This document shows, one piece after another, positions 1 through 8,585 of a DNA stretch of 64,000 nt; the first letter of the stretch is position 1, and each line of letters starts with the position of its first letter. This stretch comes from an uncultured Pseudomonadales bacterium (GTDB lineage: Bacteria; Patescibacteriota; Microgenomatia; UBA1400; PJMF01). The notes beneath the pieces were generated by a model. The model saw only the letters and a program-made list of their open reading frames with translations. It was not told the origin of the DNA and did no database searches. The position numbers and the translations under genes are program-made. The stretch covers positions 1,123 through 65,122 of the forward strand of contig CAYSMC010000033.1 in assembly GCA_964432115.1 (NCBI GenBank), read 5' to 3'.

Positions 1-63
1 TTAGAAAGAGCTGTACATTGGGCGACTAGTTTTAAGCTATTTCCTAAATTCATTAGAAAATTT

Positions 64-669
64 ATGGCTCAATTTAGTCGTAAACTACTAGGTTTAATGA
101 AAGCGCTTGATCAAGCTGAAAAAACTTCTATCTCACAAAGAGAAATTATTAGAATGTCTATCCAAAATATGGTTCATAAAAAAAACAGAACCGTTATCAC
201 AATTGGTGGCATGAGTATTGGTATTGGGGCAATTGTTTTTTTGGTATCAATAGGATTTGGCTTGCAAGATTTAGTAGTTTCTAGAATTGCTAAGTTAGAA
301 GAAATGAGACAGGCAGACATAATGCCTGATGCTCAGGGACAAGTATTCATTGATGACGGATCGCTTAGCGAATTTCAAAAAATTGGTGGAGTGGAAGAAG
401 TTTATCCTCTTATTTCGCTTGTGGGTCGAGTGAACATTAATAACTCAGTAACAGACGCCGTAGTTCATGGAGTAACAGGTGATTATTTAACTAATTCAGC
501 AATGAAGCCAATTAAAGGTGCTTTTTTTGAAAATAATCAAATTGCAAGAGAGCTTGATTCTGATGTGGGAGAGGTAGCTGGTATAGCTACATCGATCTAT
601 GAAGAGGCTGCTTATCAAAAAGGGGTATCTATTCAGGATTTGTTTTTTACCATAGATGCAGATACTTGA
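64..669 (+). CDS. ABC-transporter permease of the FtsX/MacB (LolCE-like) family, N-terminal part: TM1 plus the start of the periplasmic domain; ends at in-frame TGA 667-669
   Basis: N-terminus (RTVITIGGMSIGIGAIVFLVSIGFG) is the typical TM1 of MacB/FtsX permeases and is followed by the conserved MacB-type periplasmic-domain start. The ORF continues in the same frame after the TGA, see 670..1965. Confidence 0.6.
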   Translation: MAQFSRKLLGLMKALDQAEKTSISQREIIRMSIQNMVHKKNRTVITIGGMSIGIGAIVFLVSIGFGLQDLVVSRIAKLEEMRQADIMPDAQGQVFIDDGSLSEFQKIGGVEEVYPLISLVGRVNINNSVTDAVVHGVTGDYLTNSAMKPIKGAFFENNQIARELDSDVGEVAGIATSIYEEAAYQKGVSIQDLFFTIDADT

Positions 670-1965
670 TTGAGGGTTCGTTCTGGGCCAGGAACAGAGT
701 ATCCAATTATTGGATATACTAGAAGAATTGAAGGAAGCCAAGAGGGTGAAGAAGTTTGGGGCAGTTATTATCAATCTGAAGATGGGGCTGGGGAAGCTGC
801 TGTTGATAGTTCGGGAAATAATCTCGGACGTTGGATTAAAAGCAATTTTCCAATATGGAAGTCAACTGGATGTATAGATGATGATAACGTTGTTGAAGAA
901 GAGGGTTTATTAGCAGAATGTGAAGCTGGCTATCAAAAGATTGAAACGGTTGATGGACAAATGTGGATGGAGGGCTATATAGCAGAAATTGCTGTTTCGC
1001 TGCAAGAATTGCCCGACTTAGTTGATCCAAGAGTTTTGGGAGAAACAACTGAATTGGGAGATAATCAAGAAATTGCAACAGCCAGCGCAATTGATCAAGA
1101 GATAGTCGAATTTCTACAAGCAACGAACTCTTCTGAACTGCAATCAGTAACTAAGATTCCTCTAGATGCACGGGCTCAAAGACAAGCAGTAATTAATGAA
1201 TCGATGGCGCAAGTTTTAGGGATGACAGACGAATCTCCTATTGGAAAAGTTTTTCAAATTTCTTTTATTTTAGTAGAGGAAACTATGTCTGATGAGCAAG
1301 ATCAGAAGGTAGAGACAGAACCTGATACTTATGAAATTGTGGGTGTTTTATCTGGTGGTCAGAATCCGATTATTTATGTGCCATTTATTGATTTAAGGAG
1401 TTTAGGTATTGATCGTTTTTCGCAAGCTAGAATCGATGTAGAAAATACAGATGTTTTGCAAGAAGCCAGAGTTAAGGTGGAGGCTATGGGTTATGGTACT
1501 AGTTCTGTTGCAGATACTGTAAAACAAGTTGAAGATTTATTTGCCTCTTTGCGTCTGGTGCTGGGAACACTAGGAATGGTTGCTTTAGCAGTCGCAGCTC
1601 TCGGTATGTTTAACACGCTAACAATATCATTATTAGAGAGAACTAGAGAAGTGGGAGTATTAAAATCGATGGGAATGAAATCTAAAGAAGTGAAAAACTT
1701 ATTTCTAACAGAATCAATGATCATGGGCTTTTTTGGTGGAATAATTGGCATTATGTTTGGCATATTATCAGGAAAATTGCTTAGTTTAATTTTGTCATTG
1801 TTTTCTTTAATGAAGGGTGTGGGTTTCATTAATGTAGTTCATTTGCCGTTTAGTTTTGCTCTCACTATTATTCTCTTATCCTTAATGGTGGGTTTTGTTA
1901 CCGGATATTATCCAGCTAAAAGAGCAACAAAAATCTCAGCCCTTAATGCTCTACGTTATGAGTAA
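670..1965 (+). CDS. FtsX/MacB-family permease, C-terminal part, same frame as 64..669: SH3b-like/acidic insert followed by the canonical 3-TM FtsX domain
   Basis: The C-terminal roughly 130 aa (LRLVLGTLGMVALAVAALGMFNTLTISLLERTREVGVLKSMGMKSKEV...GYYPAKRATKISALNALRYE) is a textbook FtsX domain. The segment right after the TGA (RVRSGPGTEYPIIG) resembles a bacterial SH3 (SH3b) motif and is followed by a D/E-rich region. Confidence 0.6.
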   Translation: MRVRSGPGTEYPIIGYTRRIEGSQEGEEVWGSYYQSEDGAGEAAVDSSGNNLGRWIKSNFPIWKSTGCIDDDNVVEEEGLLAECEAGYQKIETVDGQMWMEGYIAEIAVSLQELPDLVDPRVLGETTELGDNQEIATASAIDQEIVEFLQATNSSELQSVTKIPLDARAQRQAVINESMAQVLGMTDESPIGKVFQISFILVEETMSDEQDQKVETEPDTYEIVGVLSGGQNPIIYVPFIDLRSLGIDRFSQARIDVENTDVLQEARVKVEAMGYGTSSVADTVKQVEDLFASLRLVLGTLGMVALAVAALGMFNTLTISLLERTREVGVLKSMGMKSKEVKNLFLTESMIMGFFGGIIGIMFGILSGKLLSLILSLFSLMKGVGFINVVHLPFSFALTIILLSLMVGFVTGYYPAKRATKISALNALRYE

Positions 1966-2004
1966 AAATTTGAACTTTTCGGAGAGTCAGCAGAATTGTT
2001 TTAA

Positions 2005-2385
2005 TTAAAAAAACAGCAATAAATATAACATTTGTATTAACATTTTTTTAAGTTCCTCAACAGTTTTAGCTTTTTTTAATTCTTTGATTTGATGGCCATT
2101 GAGTTGTACGTAATTTTCTACTCCGGCTTTTTTTGCCACTCTCATTTGAGCAGCTTTATGTCCATTGTTGTTGTCGTTTTTGCCGTTGCCAATTTCTACA
2201 TGCACGCTTTGATTGGTTTCTGGATCAGTTACAAAAAAATCCGGATGAGTAACCACTTTATCTTTTCTACCGTTATGATTTTTTACTGGCTCATCAATTC
2301 TAATTGTCTTAGCATCTTTTACAATAAAGCCTGCAGCCTTTGCTTGCTTTTCAAAAATTATCTCTAATGAGTGTCTTCTGCCCAT
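2005..2385 (-). CDS. hypothetical small protein; possible PD-(D/E)xK / Hjc-like nuclease fold
   Basis: 126-aa ORF. The N-terminal pattern RRHSLEIIFEKQAKAAGF and the HPDFFV...VHVEIGNGK stretch loosely resemble Hjc/Mrr-type restriction-endonuclease-fold proteins. I recognise no firm family. Confidence 0.35.
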   Translation of the reverse strand: MGRRHSLEIIFEKQAKAAGFIVKDAKTIRIDEPVKNHNGRKDKVVTHPDFFVTDPETNQSVHVEIGNGKNDNNNGHKAAQMRVAKKAGVENYVQLNGHQIKELKKAKTVEELKKMLIQMLYLLLFF

Positions 2386-2400
2386 ATCTTTAAAAATGAA

Positions 2401-3897
2401 TTACTTAATATATCTTAATCTACCTTCAACCTGACTTTGAATGTTTTGGTGAGTGCGCAAGTATTCTTCTAGTATTTGTTGGGCAGAAGTGCTAACAACT
2501 TTTGACTCGCCATGTTCTAACAGTTCTTTTTCAGAAATATTTAGATAAGCCTGACTATTACTAAAGTGATAGCCTTGAAGAGTCAGGGTGTAAATTGTTG
2601 TATTGTTAACATTTTTATTATTAATTTTTAAACTGCTCAATTTTTTTTGACCCTCATTGTAAACGGCTTCAACCTCTTTATTGATTTGATAACATTCACC
2701 CTCACTATTGCGATTGCTCGGACGCATAATGTAAGCAAAAATTTGCTTTAATTGTTGACCACTAACTTGAAAACGAGTTAAAGCGTCATCGTAGGGAAAA
2801 CAGGCAATAAAGTCTTTTAATCTTACTAAAGGACCCAGTTCTTTAACCCTGATTGAACCACTACCCACCAACATCACATCTGTTCCACTGGATTGAGTAA
2901 AAGCATCGGCTATTAAATTGCCCAAACTAGTTTCGATTTCTCGCTTGGGGTGGGTCAATTTAGTCGCGGTTTTGCATACTAAAGTATTATATTTTTCATC
3001 AACCTTTTTTTTGAAAGATTGAATAAATTTTTCTAAATCGTGGTCTGGTTCTGCTAAACTTTCATCAATGGGAATTAATTGCCAGTGGTAATCGACAATG
3101 CTGTTGGTGTCGTCATCAACAATAATGTCAAAGCGGCCAATTTGATCAGAACCTACTCCAGCCTGAGCGATTAAAACATTATTAACCATAGCTGGTTCTT
3201 TGAGTACGGTGTGAGAATGGCCACCAATAATCATATCCACACCCCACTCAGGATCCAACAGTTTAGCCAATTTTATATCAGACTCGTAACCAATGTGAGT
3301 TAGTAAAATAGTGAGATCAATGTCATCATTTTTGTAGGCATTGCAAATTTTTCCAACTTCTTGGCTTGCTTCTTCCAAATCAATAAAGCTACCAATTAGT
3401 TGGTCTTGTTTTAAGGAATCCATAATTTTCTCTGTGATAATGCCAGTAAATAAAACATCAAAACCATCCTTTTTTAAAATTAAATAAGGATTCATTAAGC
3501 GTTTGTTATATTTTTTAATGTAGAGATTAGCATTAACAATCGGAAAATTAGCCATTTTTTCTAAAAATAAAAGATGGGGTAAACCATAATCTAATTCATG
3601 ATTGCCTAAAGTAACAACATCAGGCGCCAAATAATTCATAATTTCTATGGTAGAAATACCTTTGTATTGACTGTCGATCAGTGAGCCTTGCAGCATGTCA
3701 CCGGCAATTAAATAAAAAACATTTTTTTCTTCAGCGCGGACTTTATTAATATATCCAGATAAAAGTGCTAAGCCACCCATTAACTTTCCCTTTTTTCCTT
3801 GGACTTCAGCCAGAAAATCACCATGAATGTCATTGGAATGTAAAATGGTAAATTTTTTTAAATTTTTTGGTAGCGCTTTTTTACTGTGTTTTAGCAT
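2401..3897 (-). CDS. bifunctional metallophosphatase / 5'-nucleotidase (UshA/CpdB-like)
   Basis: Calcineurin-like phosphoesterase motifs (HSNDIHGD, GDMLQG, GNHELD, GGHSH) are followed by a C-terminal 5'-nucleotidase substrate-binding domain. Confidence 0.8.
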   Translation of the reverse strand: MLKHSKKALPKNLKKFTILHSNDIHGDFLAEVQGKKGKLMGGLALLSGYINKVRAEEKNVFYLIAGDMLQGSLIDSQYKGISTIEIMNYLAPDVVTLGNHELDYGLPHLLFLEKMANFPIVNANLYIKKYNKRLMNPYLILKKDGFDVLFTGIITEKIMDSLKQDQLIGSFIDLEEASQEVGKICNAYKNDDIDLTILLTHIGYESDIKLAKLLDPEWGVDMIIGGHSHTVLKEPAMVNNVLIAQAGVGSDQIGRFDIIVDDDTNSIVDYHWQLIPIDESLAEPDHDLEKFIQSFKKKVDEKYNTLVCKTATKLTHPKREIETSLGNLIADAFTQSSGTDVMLVGSGSIRVKELGPLVRLKDFIACFPYDDALTRFQVSGQQLKQIFAYIMRPSNRNSEGECYQINKEVEAVYNEGQKKLSSLKINNKNVNNTTIYTLTLQGYHFSNSQAYLNISEKELLEHGESKVVSTSAQQILEEYLRTHQNIQSQVEGRLRYIK

Positions 3898-3921
3898 AAA
3901 TGTATTTTAATTAATATCTTT

Positions 3922-4272
3922 TTATTTCTTTGCTTTTGTTTTACGTTCCTCAATTTTTTTAAGAGTATACATAATACGATCGTGTAGATTAATATTTTTA
4001 ATTCGAGCAAAACGTAGAATTGTAACCAACAAATCCCCAAGTTCTTGTTCATATGATTCATCGGTTTGTGCTGCAATATTGGTTTTTTTCCGTCCATGTT
4101 CAGCTAAATAAGCACGTGACATTTCTCCTAATTCTTCAAGCAGGCTCAAAATCATGATTGAGCCAAATTCTTTAGAATAGCGCTTGCCTTTGTCAATTCT
4201 ATCTAGAACTTTAAAATATTCCCCAAAGGGGGTGTCGTGGTAGGGTTGGGTTTTTTTTGCTTGCTTACTCAT
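3922..4272 (-). CDS. MazG-like nucleoside-triphosphate pyrophosphohydrolase
   Basis: 116-aa all-alpha protein with the MazG EExxE-type motif (LLEELGEMSRAYLAEHGRK, ELGDLLVTILRFA). Confidence 0.7.
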   Translation of the reverse strand: MSKQAKKTQPYHDTPFGEYFKVLDRIDKGKRYSKEFGSIMILSLLEELGEMSRAYLAEHGRKKTNIAAQTDESYEQELGDLLVTILRFARIKNINLHDRIMYTLKKIEERKTKAKK

Positions 4273-4403
4273 AAAAGTATCTTATCAGCCAATACAAACA
4301 ATGTCGAATGATTTTTGTCTATGTCTAACAGCACAGTTATTAATAGCCAAATATCGCTTTTTATTTTTTTTGTTTTATAAAAATAAACAATAAATAAGAG
4401 TTT

Positions 4404-5030
4404 TCAAACTAATGGCACAAATCTAACTAAACCAAAACTTTCTTGTTCAAAGCCAGAGTTTGTTTTTTTAACTCTAATAATTTTTTGGCCATTTATTATT
4501 TTTAGGGGTAAAACAATTCTGCCGCCAATAGCTAGTTGCTCCTTCCAAGCCTCCGGAATATCTGAGCTAGCTGCGGCTGATTTGATGGCATCAAAGGGCG
4601 CTTCAGAAGACAAACCTAAACGTCCGTCTCCTTGTATGACTGTAACGTTTGTGTAGCCCAGTTTATTTAATCTTTCTTTTGCTTCTTCTGCTAAACTTTC
4701 TATTGTTTCTATTGTAAAGACTTCTTGACAAAGATAGCTAAGAATCGCAGCTTGATAGCCAGAGCCAGTGCCAATGTCTAATACTTTTTCGTTGCCGGTT
4801 AGTTGGAGAAGTTGACACATTTTGGCGACCACGTAGGGTTGAGAGATAGTTTGATTTTTACTGATTGGTAGAGGATTGTCACTGTAGGCTTGATCTTGCA
4901 GTGAAGCTGGTATAAATTTTTCTCTAGGAACTTTTTTGAAAGCGGCCAAAACCTGCTGATTAGTAATATCTCTAGCTTGCAATTGACTGCAAACCATTGC
5001 CTCTCTTCGTTGTTTGAAGACATTTAACAT
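4404..5030 (-). CDS. pcm: protein-L-isoaspartate O-methyltransferase
   Basis: SAM-binding motif VLDIGTGSGYQAAILS and PIMT family motifs (ISQPYVVA, GGRIVLP). Confidence 0.85.
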   Translation of the reverse strand: MLNVFKQRREAMVCSQLQARDITNQQVLAAFKKVPREKFIPASLQDQAYSDNPLPISKNQTISQPYVVAKMCQLLQLTGNEKVLDIGTGSGYQAAILSYLCQEVFTIETIESLAEEAKERLNKLGYTNVTVIQGDGRLGLSSEAPFDAIKSAAASSDIPEAWKEQLAIGGRIVLPLKIINGQKIIRVKKTNSGFEQESFGLVRFVPLV

Positions 5031-5055
5031 AAAGGAGTTAACTTACGTTATCTTA

Positions 5056-6660
5056 TCATGAAGCGAAAAACATTAACTCAGTGTTGTATGGAGGCAGGTT
5101 AATTTTAAGATTTTTTTCATCATTTTCAAGATGAGAGTAAAGATTTTCGTTGAGCTGATAAGTGCTGATAGCCTGATAATTATTTTGTTGAGGTATTTGT
5201 GCCTGAGTATGGTCTTTGCCCATATTAATGCACACTAAAGCTTTTATTGCTCGATCACTAGATATTACTTCTAACACTGCCAAATTTGATGCTTGTTTAT
5301 GAATTTTAGTCATTGACCACTGACCTTCACGAAAGAGTTTTGATTGTTTGAGTTGTAGTAAATTTTGATAATAACTTTTTAATTGATAATCTTTCTCTTC
5401 TTGAGGGGAACGAGTAATCTGCATTGGTGGCCTAATAGCTCTTCCTTCTTCTTGACCCTGATTGATAAGTAGCATGGTATTAGGCAAAAAACTGATTAAA
5501 GCGGCTGCTGCTTGAGAGAAATCTTTACCCATGATTTTTGTAGCGCGCTCTTCATCATGATTTTCTAGGTAGACTGTGTCTCTGCAAGTTCGCTGATCGT
5601 TAGCACAATGAAGCAAATGAGCGATATGCTCTTTTAAATTATGACAATTTTCCCCGCGAGCTACTCTTAGTAAGTGCTTATAAAGTTCGTCACGATAGAT
5701 ATAATCAAAATTTTCTGCCAAAAGATCCTTTCCCCAATACGCCTCCGCCATAAAATCAAAAGATTTTCCCAAAGACGTTGCTTTGGCTTTGGCTTGAGGA
5801 ATGGCCTCATGCCAAAATGGATGTTTGGTAATGAAATCACATTCTTCATTGTTCAAAGTCCAGCCCCAAGTATGTAGAAAAGTAGAGGGATTGAGCAACA
5901 TTGCCATGTCGCATCTCAAACCATCAACGTGATCAACTAATGATAGCAATTGCTTAGTCATGGCTTGATGAACTTCTGGACGACCATAGTTAAGCTGCAA
6001 GGTATCGGCCCACTCTGGGTAATTGGGATCTTTACCATGAGCTAAGTAGTGAGCTTGACCCCGCCCATTGTCAACGGCTTGGTAAAAATTAGGATGAGCC
6101 TGATATTGCCACTCGGAACCTTGAATAAAATATTCTGGATGCTCAATGGTCCAAGGATGATCTACAGCTGTGTGATTAGGTACAAAATCAATAAAAACTT
6201 TTTTATCTTTACTATGCAGTTTTTCTACCATATGATCCCAAGTTTGCCAATCTTTTACTAAATGTGGATTTGGCAAATAGTTGGCAACGGCAAAAGGACT
6301 GGCAACCACATCTTTTTCAGCATCTATATCTGGGAGAGCATAGGTATACTGATGAGTGTATTTTTTGGCGTGATTGGCGCTAAATTGACTGGGTAAATAA
6401 ATACCCATAAACCAAAAAATGTCATAATTAGCCAATTTTTCTGCCCACGCCTCATCAGGAATAGTATCAAGGGTTATTACTTTTTGATATTGTTGACTCA
6501 GTTCATTTAACCATAGCCGAGTATTAATCAAGTTAAGACTAAGTTGTTGGTCTTTTTTAGGGCTGGCTTGCAAACAATCGACAAGACGTTGATCAAAAAT
6601 TTCAGGAGAAATTAGTTTTTTTTCTGCTAGCTTATTACCTGTAATCTCTTTATTTATCAT
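5056..6660 (-). CDS. glycoside hydrolase family 13 (alpha-amylase family) enzyme
   Basis: GH13 conserved regions are present: FVPNHTA (region I), LRCDMAML (region II nucleophile), FMAEAYW (region III acid/base), LENHDEER (region IV). Confidence 0.8.
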   Translation of the reverse strand: MINKEITGNKLAEKKLISPEIFDQRLVDCLQASPKKDQQLSLNLINTRLWLNELSQQYQKVITLDTIPDEAWAEKLANYDIFWFMGIYLPSQFSANHAKKYTHQYTYALPDIDAEKDVVASPFAVANYLPNPHLVKDWQTWDHMVEKLHSKDKKVFIDFVPNHTAVDHPWTIEHPEYFIQGSEWQYQAHPNFYQAVDNGRGQAHYLAHGKDPNYPEWADTLQLNYGRPEVHQAMTKQLLSLVDHVDGLRCDMAMLLNPSTFLHTWGWTLNNEECDFITKHPFWHEAIPQAKAKATSLGKSFDFMAEAYWGKDLLAENFDYIYRDELYKHLLRVARGENCHNLKEHIAHLLHCANDQRTCRDTVYLENHDEERATKIMGKDFSQAAAALISFLPNTMLLINQGQEEGRAIRPPMQITRSPQEEKDYQLKSYYQNLLQLKQSKLFREGQWSMTKIHKQASNLAVLEVISSDRAIKALVCINMGKDHTQAQIPQQNNYQAISTYQLNENLYSHLENDEKNLKINLPPYNTELMFFAS

Positions 6661-6847
6661 TATTAAATTTATAAAAAAACAAAGCTAAAACTTGTTTAAT
6701 TTAGCACTGTCTTAATTGATTGTAAATCTCTGAAGAAATTGAAAGCAATGACAGAAACCTTATTTTTCCAGAATCAAAGAAATAGAATTTATAGTTAAAT
6801 TAAATAAAGAGTCTAGATCTTTTTATTAACTATGCTAGACTAAATTA

Positions 6848-7735
6848 GTGGAAGAAAACCCTCAAGTAAATCAAATATTAGATTTGGATTCAGAAAATAG
6901 TCCTATTGTTAATTATCCAGATCAACCCAATAACAATAAACAGAACACTGACAAGGATAAGTTTACAAAATTCCTAAAACTTGCTTTAGTTTTTTTTGCA
7001 ATAATGTTTGTGATTTTAAGCTCTATCTTTGCGTATAAGACTTATTTTTCTTTACCAGCTATTCAATCTTATGAAGAATGTGTTGTTGCTAAGGGAAGCT
7101 CTATTCAAGAATCTTATCCTCCAGTTTGCATTACTAAGAGTGGGCTTAGTTTTACTCAAGAATTAAGTAATTTAATTCCTCCCTCTGTTACTGAAGCACC
7201 AGTTTTGATAGGAGCTGAGGAATGTTATGAGCAAGCCATCAATCTTAAATGTCCAGAGGGAGTTAACTGCATGTTGTTGGCTCCTGAGGATTCTTTCTGC
7301 CAGTGCATGGGGGGCTTTTTGGAAAGAGCTGAAGATTCTACTTTTTGTATTATTGATGAAATAGAATATGGGGGAATATCTTTTGCCGAACTAGATCAAG
7401 GATGGTATTGGGCCAGTTTTAGTGACAAAAAACCTGGAACTCCAGTTGGCTGGGTGTTTAGCAACGCCGGGACACGCAGTGAGGGTTGGTATAAACCCGA
7501 GTCAATAGGGGAAGCCGATTATCTTCTTACAGCTGCTGAAGGCTCTTGTTCAGAAGACTCACAGTGTTATTGGGCAGATCAGGGTTGTGGAGGTGGACAT
7601 GGGGTGTGTACCAACAATCCAGAAAAATATGAAGATTTAATGAGTACTTGTGAGATAAATGAAAAATTCCCAGCAAATTTGGGTTACAGTTGTGGATGTG
7701 TTGAAGCTTTGGGTCAATGTGCTTGGAAAAAATAA
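6848..7735 (+). CDS. hypothetical membrane-anchored, Cys-rich extracytoplasmic protein
   Basis: Single TM (LKLALVFFAIMFVILSSIFAY) followed by a Cys-rich domain (about 20 Cys). GTG start; the true start is uncertain. Confidence 0.45.
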   Translation: MEENPQVNQILDLDSENSPIVNYPDQPNNNKQNTDKDKFTKFLKLALVFFAIMFVILSSIFAYKTYFSLPAIQSYEECVVAKGSSIQESYPPVCITKSGLSFTQELSNLIPPSVTEAPVLIGAEECYEQAINLKCPEGVNCMLLAPEDSFCQCMGGFLERAEDSTFCIIDEIEYGGISFAELDQGWYWASFSDKKPGTPVGWVFSNAGTRSEGWYKPESIGEADYLLTAAEGSCSEDSQCYWADQGCGGGHGVCTNNPEKYEDLMSTCEINEKFPANLGYSCGCVEALGQCAWKK

Positions 7736-7774
7736 GCTTGTTGTTACATTGCAAATTTTGTTATACTGAAAGCT

Positions 7775-8530
7775 ATGACAAATATTAAACCTGCCCCTTC
7801 TCAAAATAGCTTTAATGATCCAGTTATGCCGACCGTTGACTTCAATTCACAGCCAGCTATCAAAACTGCTGTTCAATCACCAACGCCAGATGCTAAAGCT
7901 CCAGTTGCCAATCAAGTTCACGTGCCTAAAGAGCAAATAAATATTAATAAAAACAGAGCTTCAAAAACTGATTCAAATAAACTGTGGATAATCCTGTTAG
8001 TGCTTATTGCAACAATTATTGGTTTTTGGATTGGATATTTTACTAATGAATATTTTTTTCGGAATGATTCTAATCCAAACAATCTTATTGGTGAGGATGG
8101 GCAGACAGCTCCAATTGTTCCACCAACTGTAGAACCAGTTGCTGACCCCACATCAGAACCAGTTGAGGTTAATAAAGAATATATTGTTTTTAAAGATGAA
8201 GAGAATTATTTAAACGATGGCCTAAATTTTATTTCTGATGAACAATGTGTTGAAGATGAAATTGCTATTTTAAAAGCTATTGGGGATGATTATTTAACCA
8301 TTCAAATAAACGAATGGACTTTGCAAGAAGATTCTGGTGAATATCTTGCCGAATTAGTTGATTTTCAAGTTAAAGATCAAGAATGTATTGCAGTTAGACC
8401 AATTTGTCCTAATGTGTTAATTGAGCGTTGTTTCTCTTTAGAAAATATTGATGGGGTCTATCATCTTGATTACGAATTTAGGGAAGGGGAGATGATGCCT
8501 CAGAGTCCTGATCTAGAATCAGAACTTTAA
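7775..8530 (+). CDS. hypothetical membrane-anchored protein
   Basis: Pro/Ala-rich N-terminus, one TM (LWIILLVLIATIIGFWIGYF), acidic C-terminal domain with 4 Cys. No family recognised. Confidence 0.45.
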   Translation: MTNIKPAPSQNSFNDPVMPTVDFNSQPAIKTAVQSPTPDAKAPVANQVHVPKEQININKNRASKTDSNKLWIILLVLIATIIGFWIGYFTNEYFFRNDSNPNNLIGEDGQTAPIVPPTVEPVADPTSEPVEVNKEYIVFKDEENYLNDGLNFISDEQCVEDEIAILKAIGDDYLTIQINEWTLQEDSGEYLAELVDFQVKDQECIAVRPICPNVLIERCFSLENIDGVYHLDYEFREGEMMPQSPDLESEL

Positions 8531-8585
8531 GCTATTTTCATTCTTGAGCTTTGTGAGAGACTAACTTATATTGCAATATCTGAGT

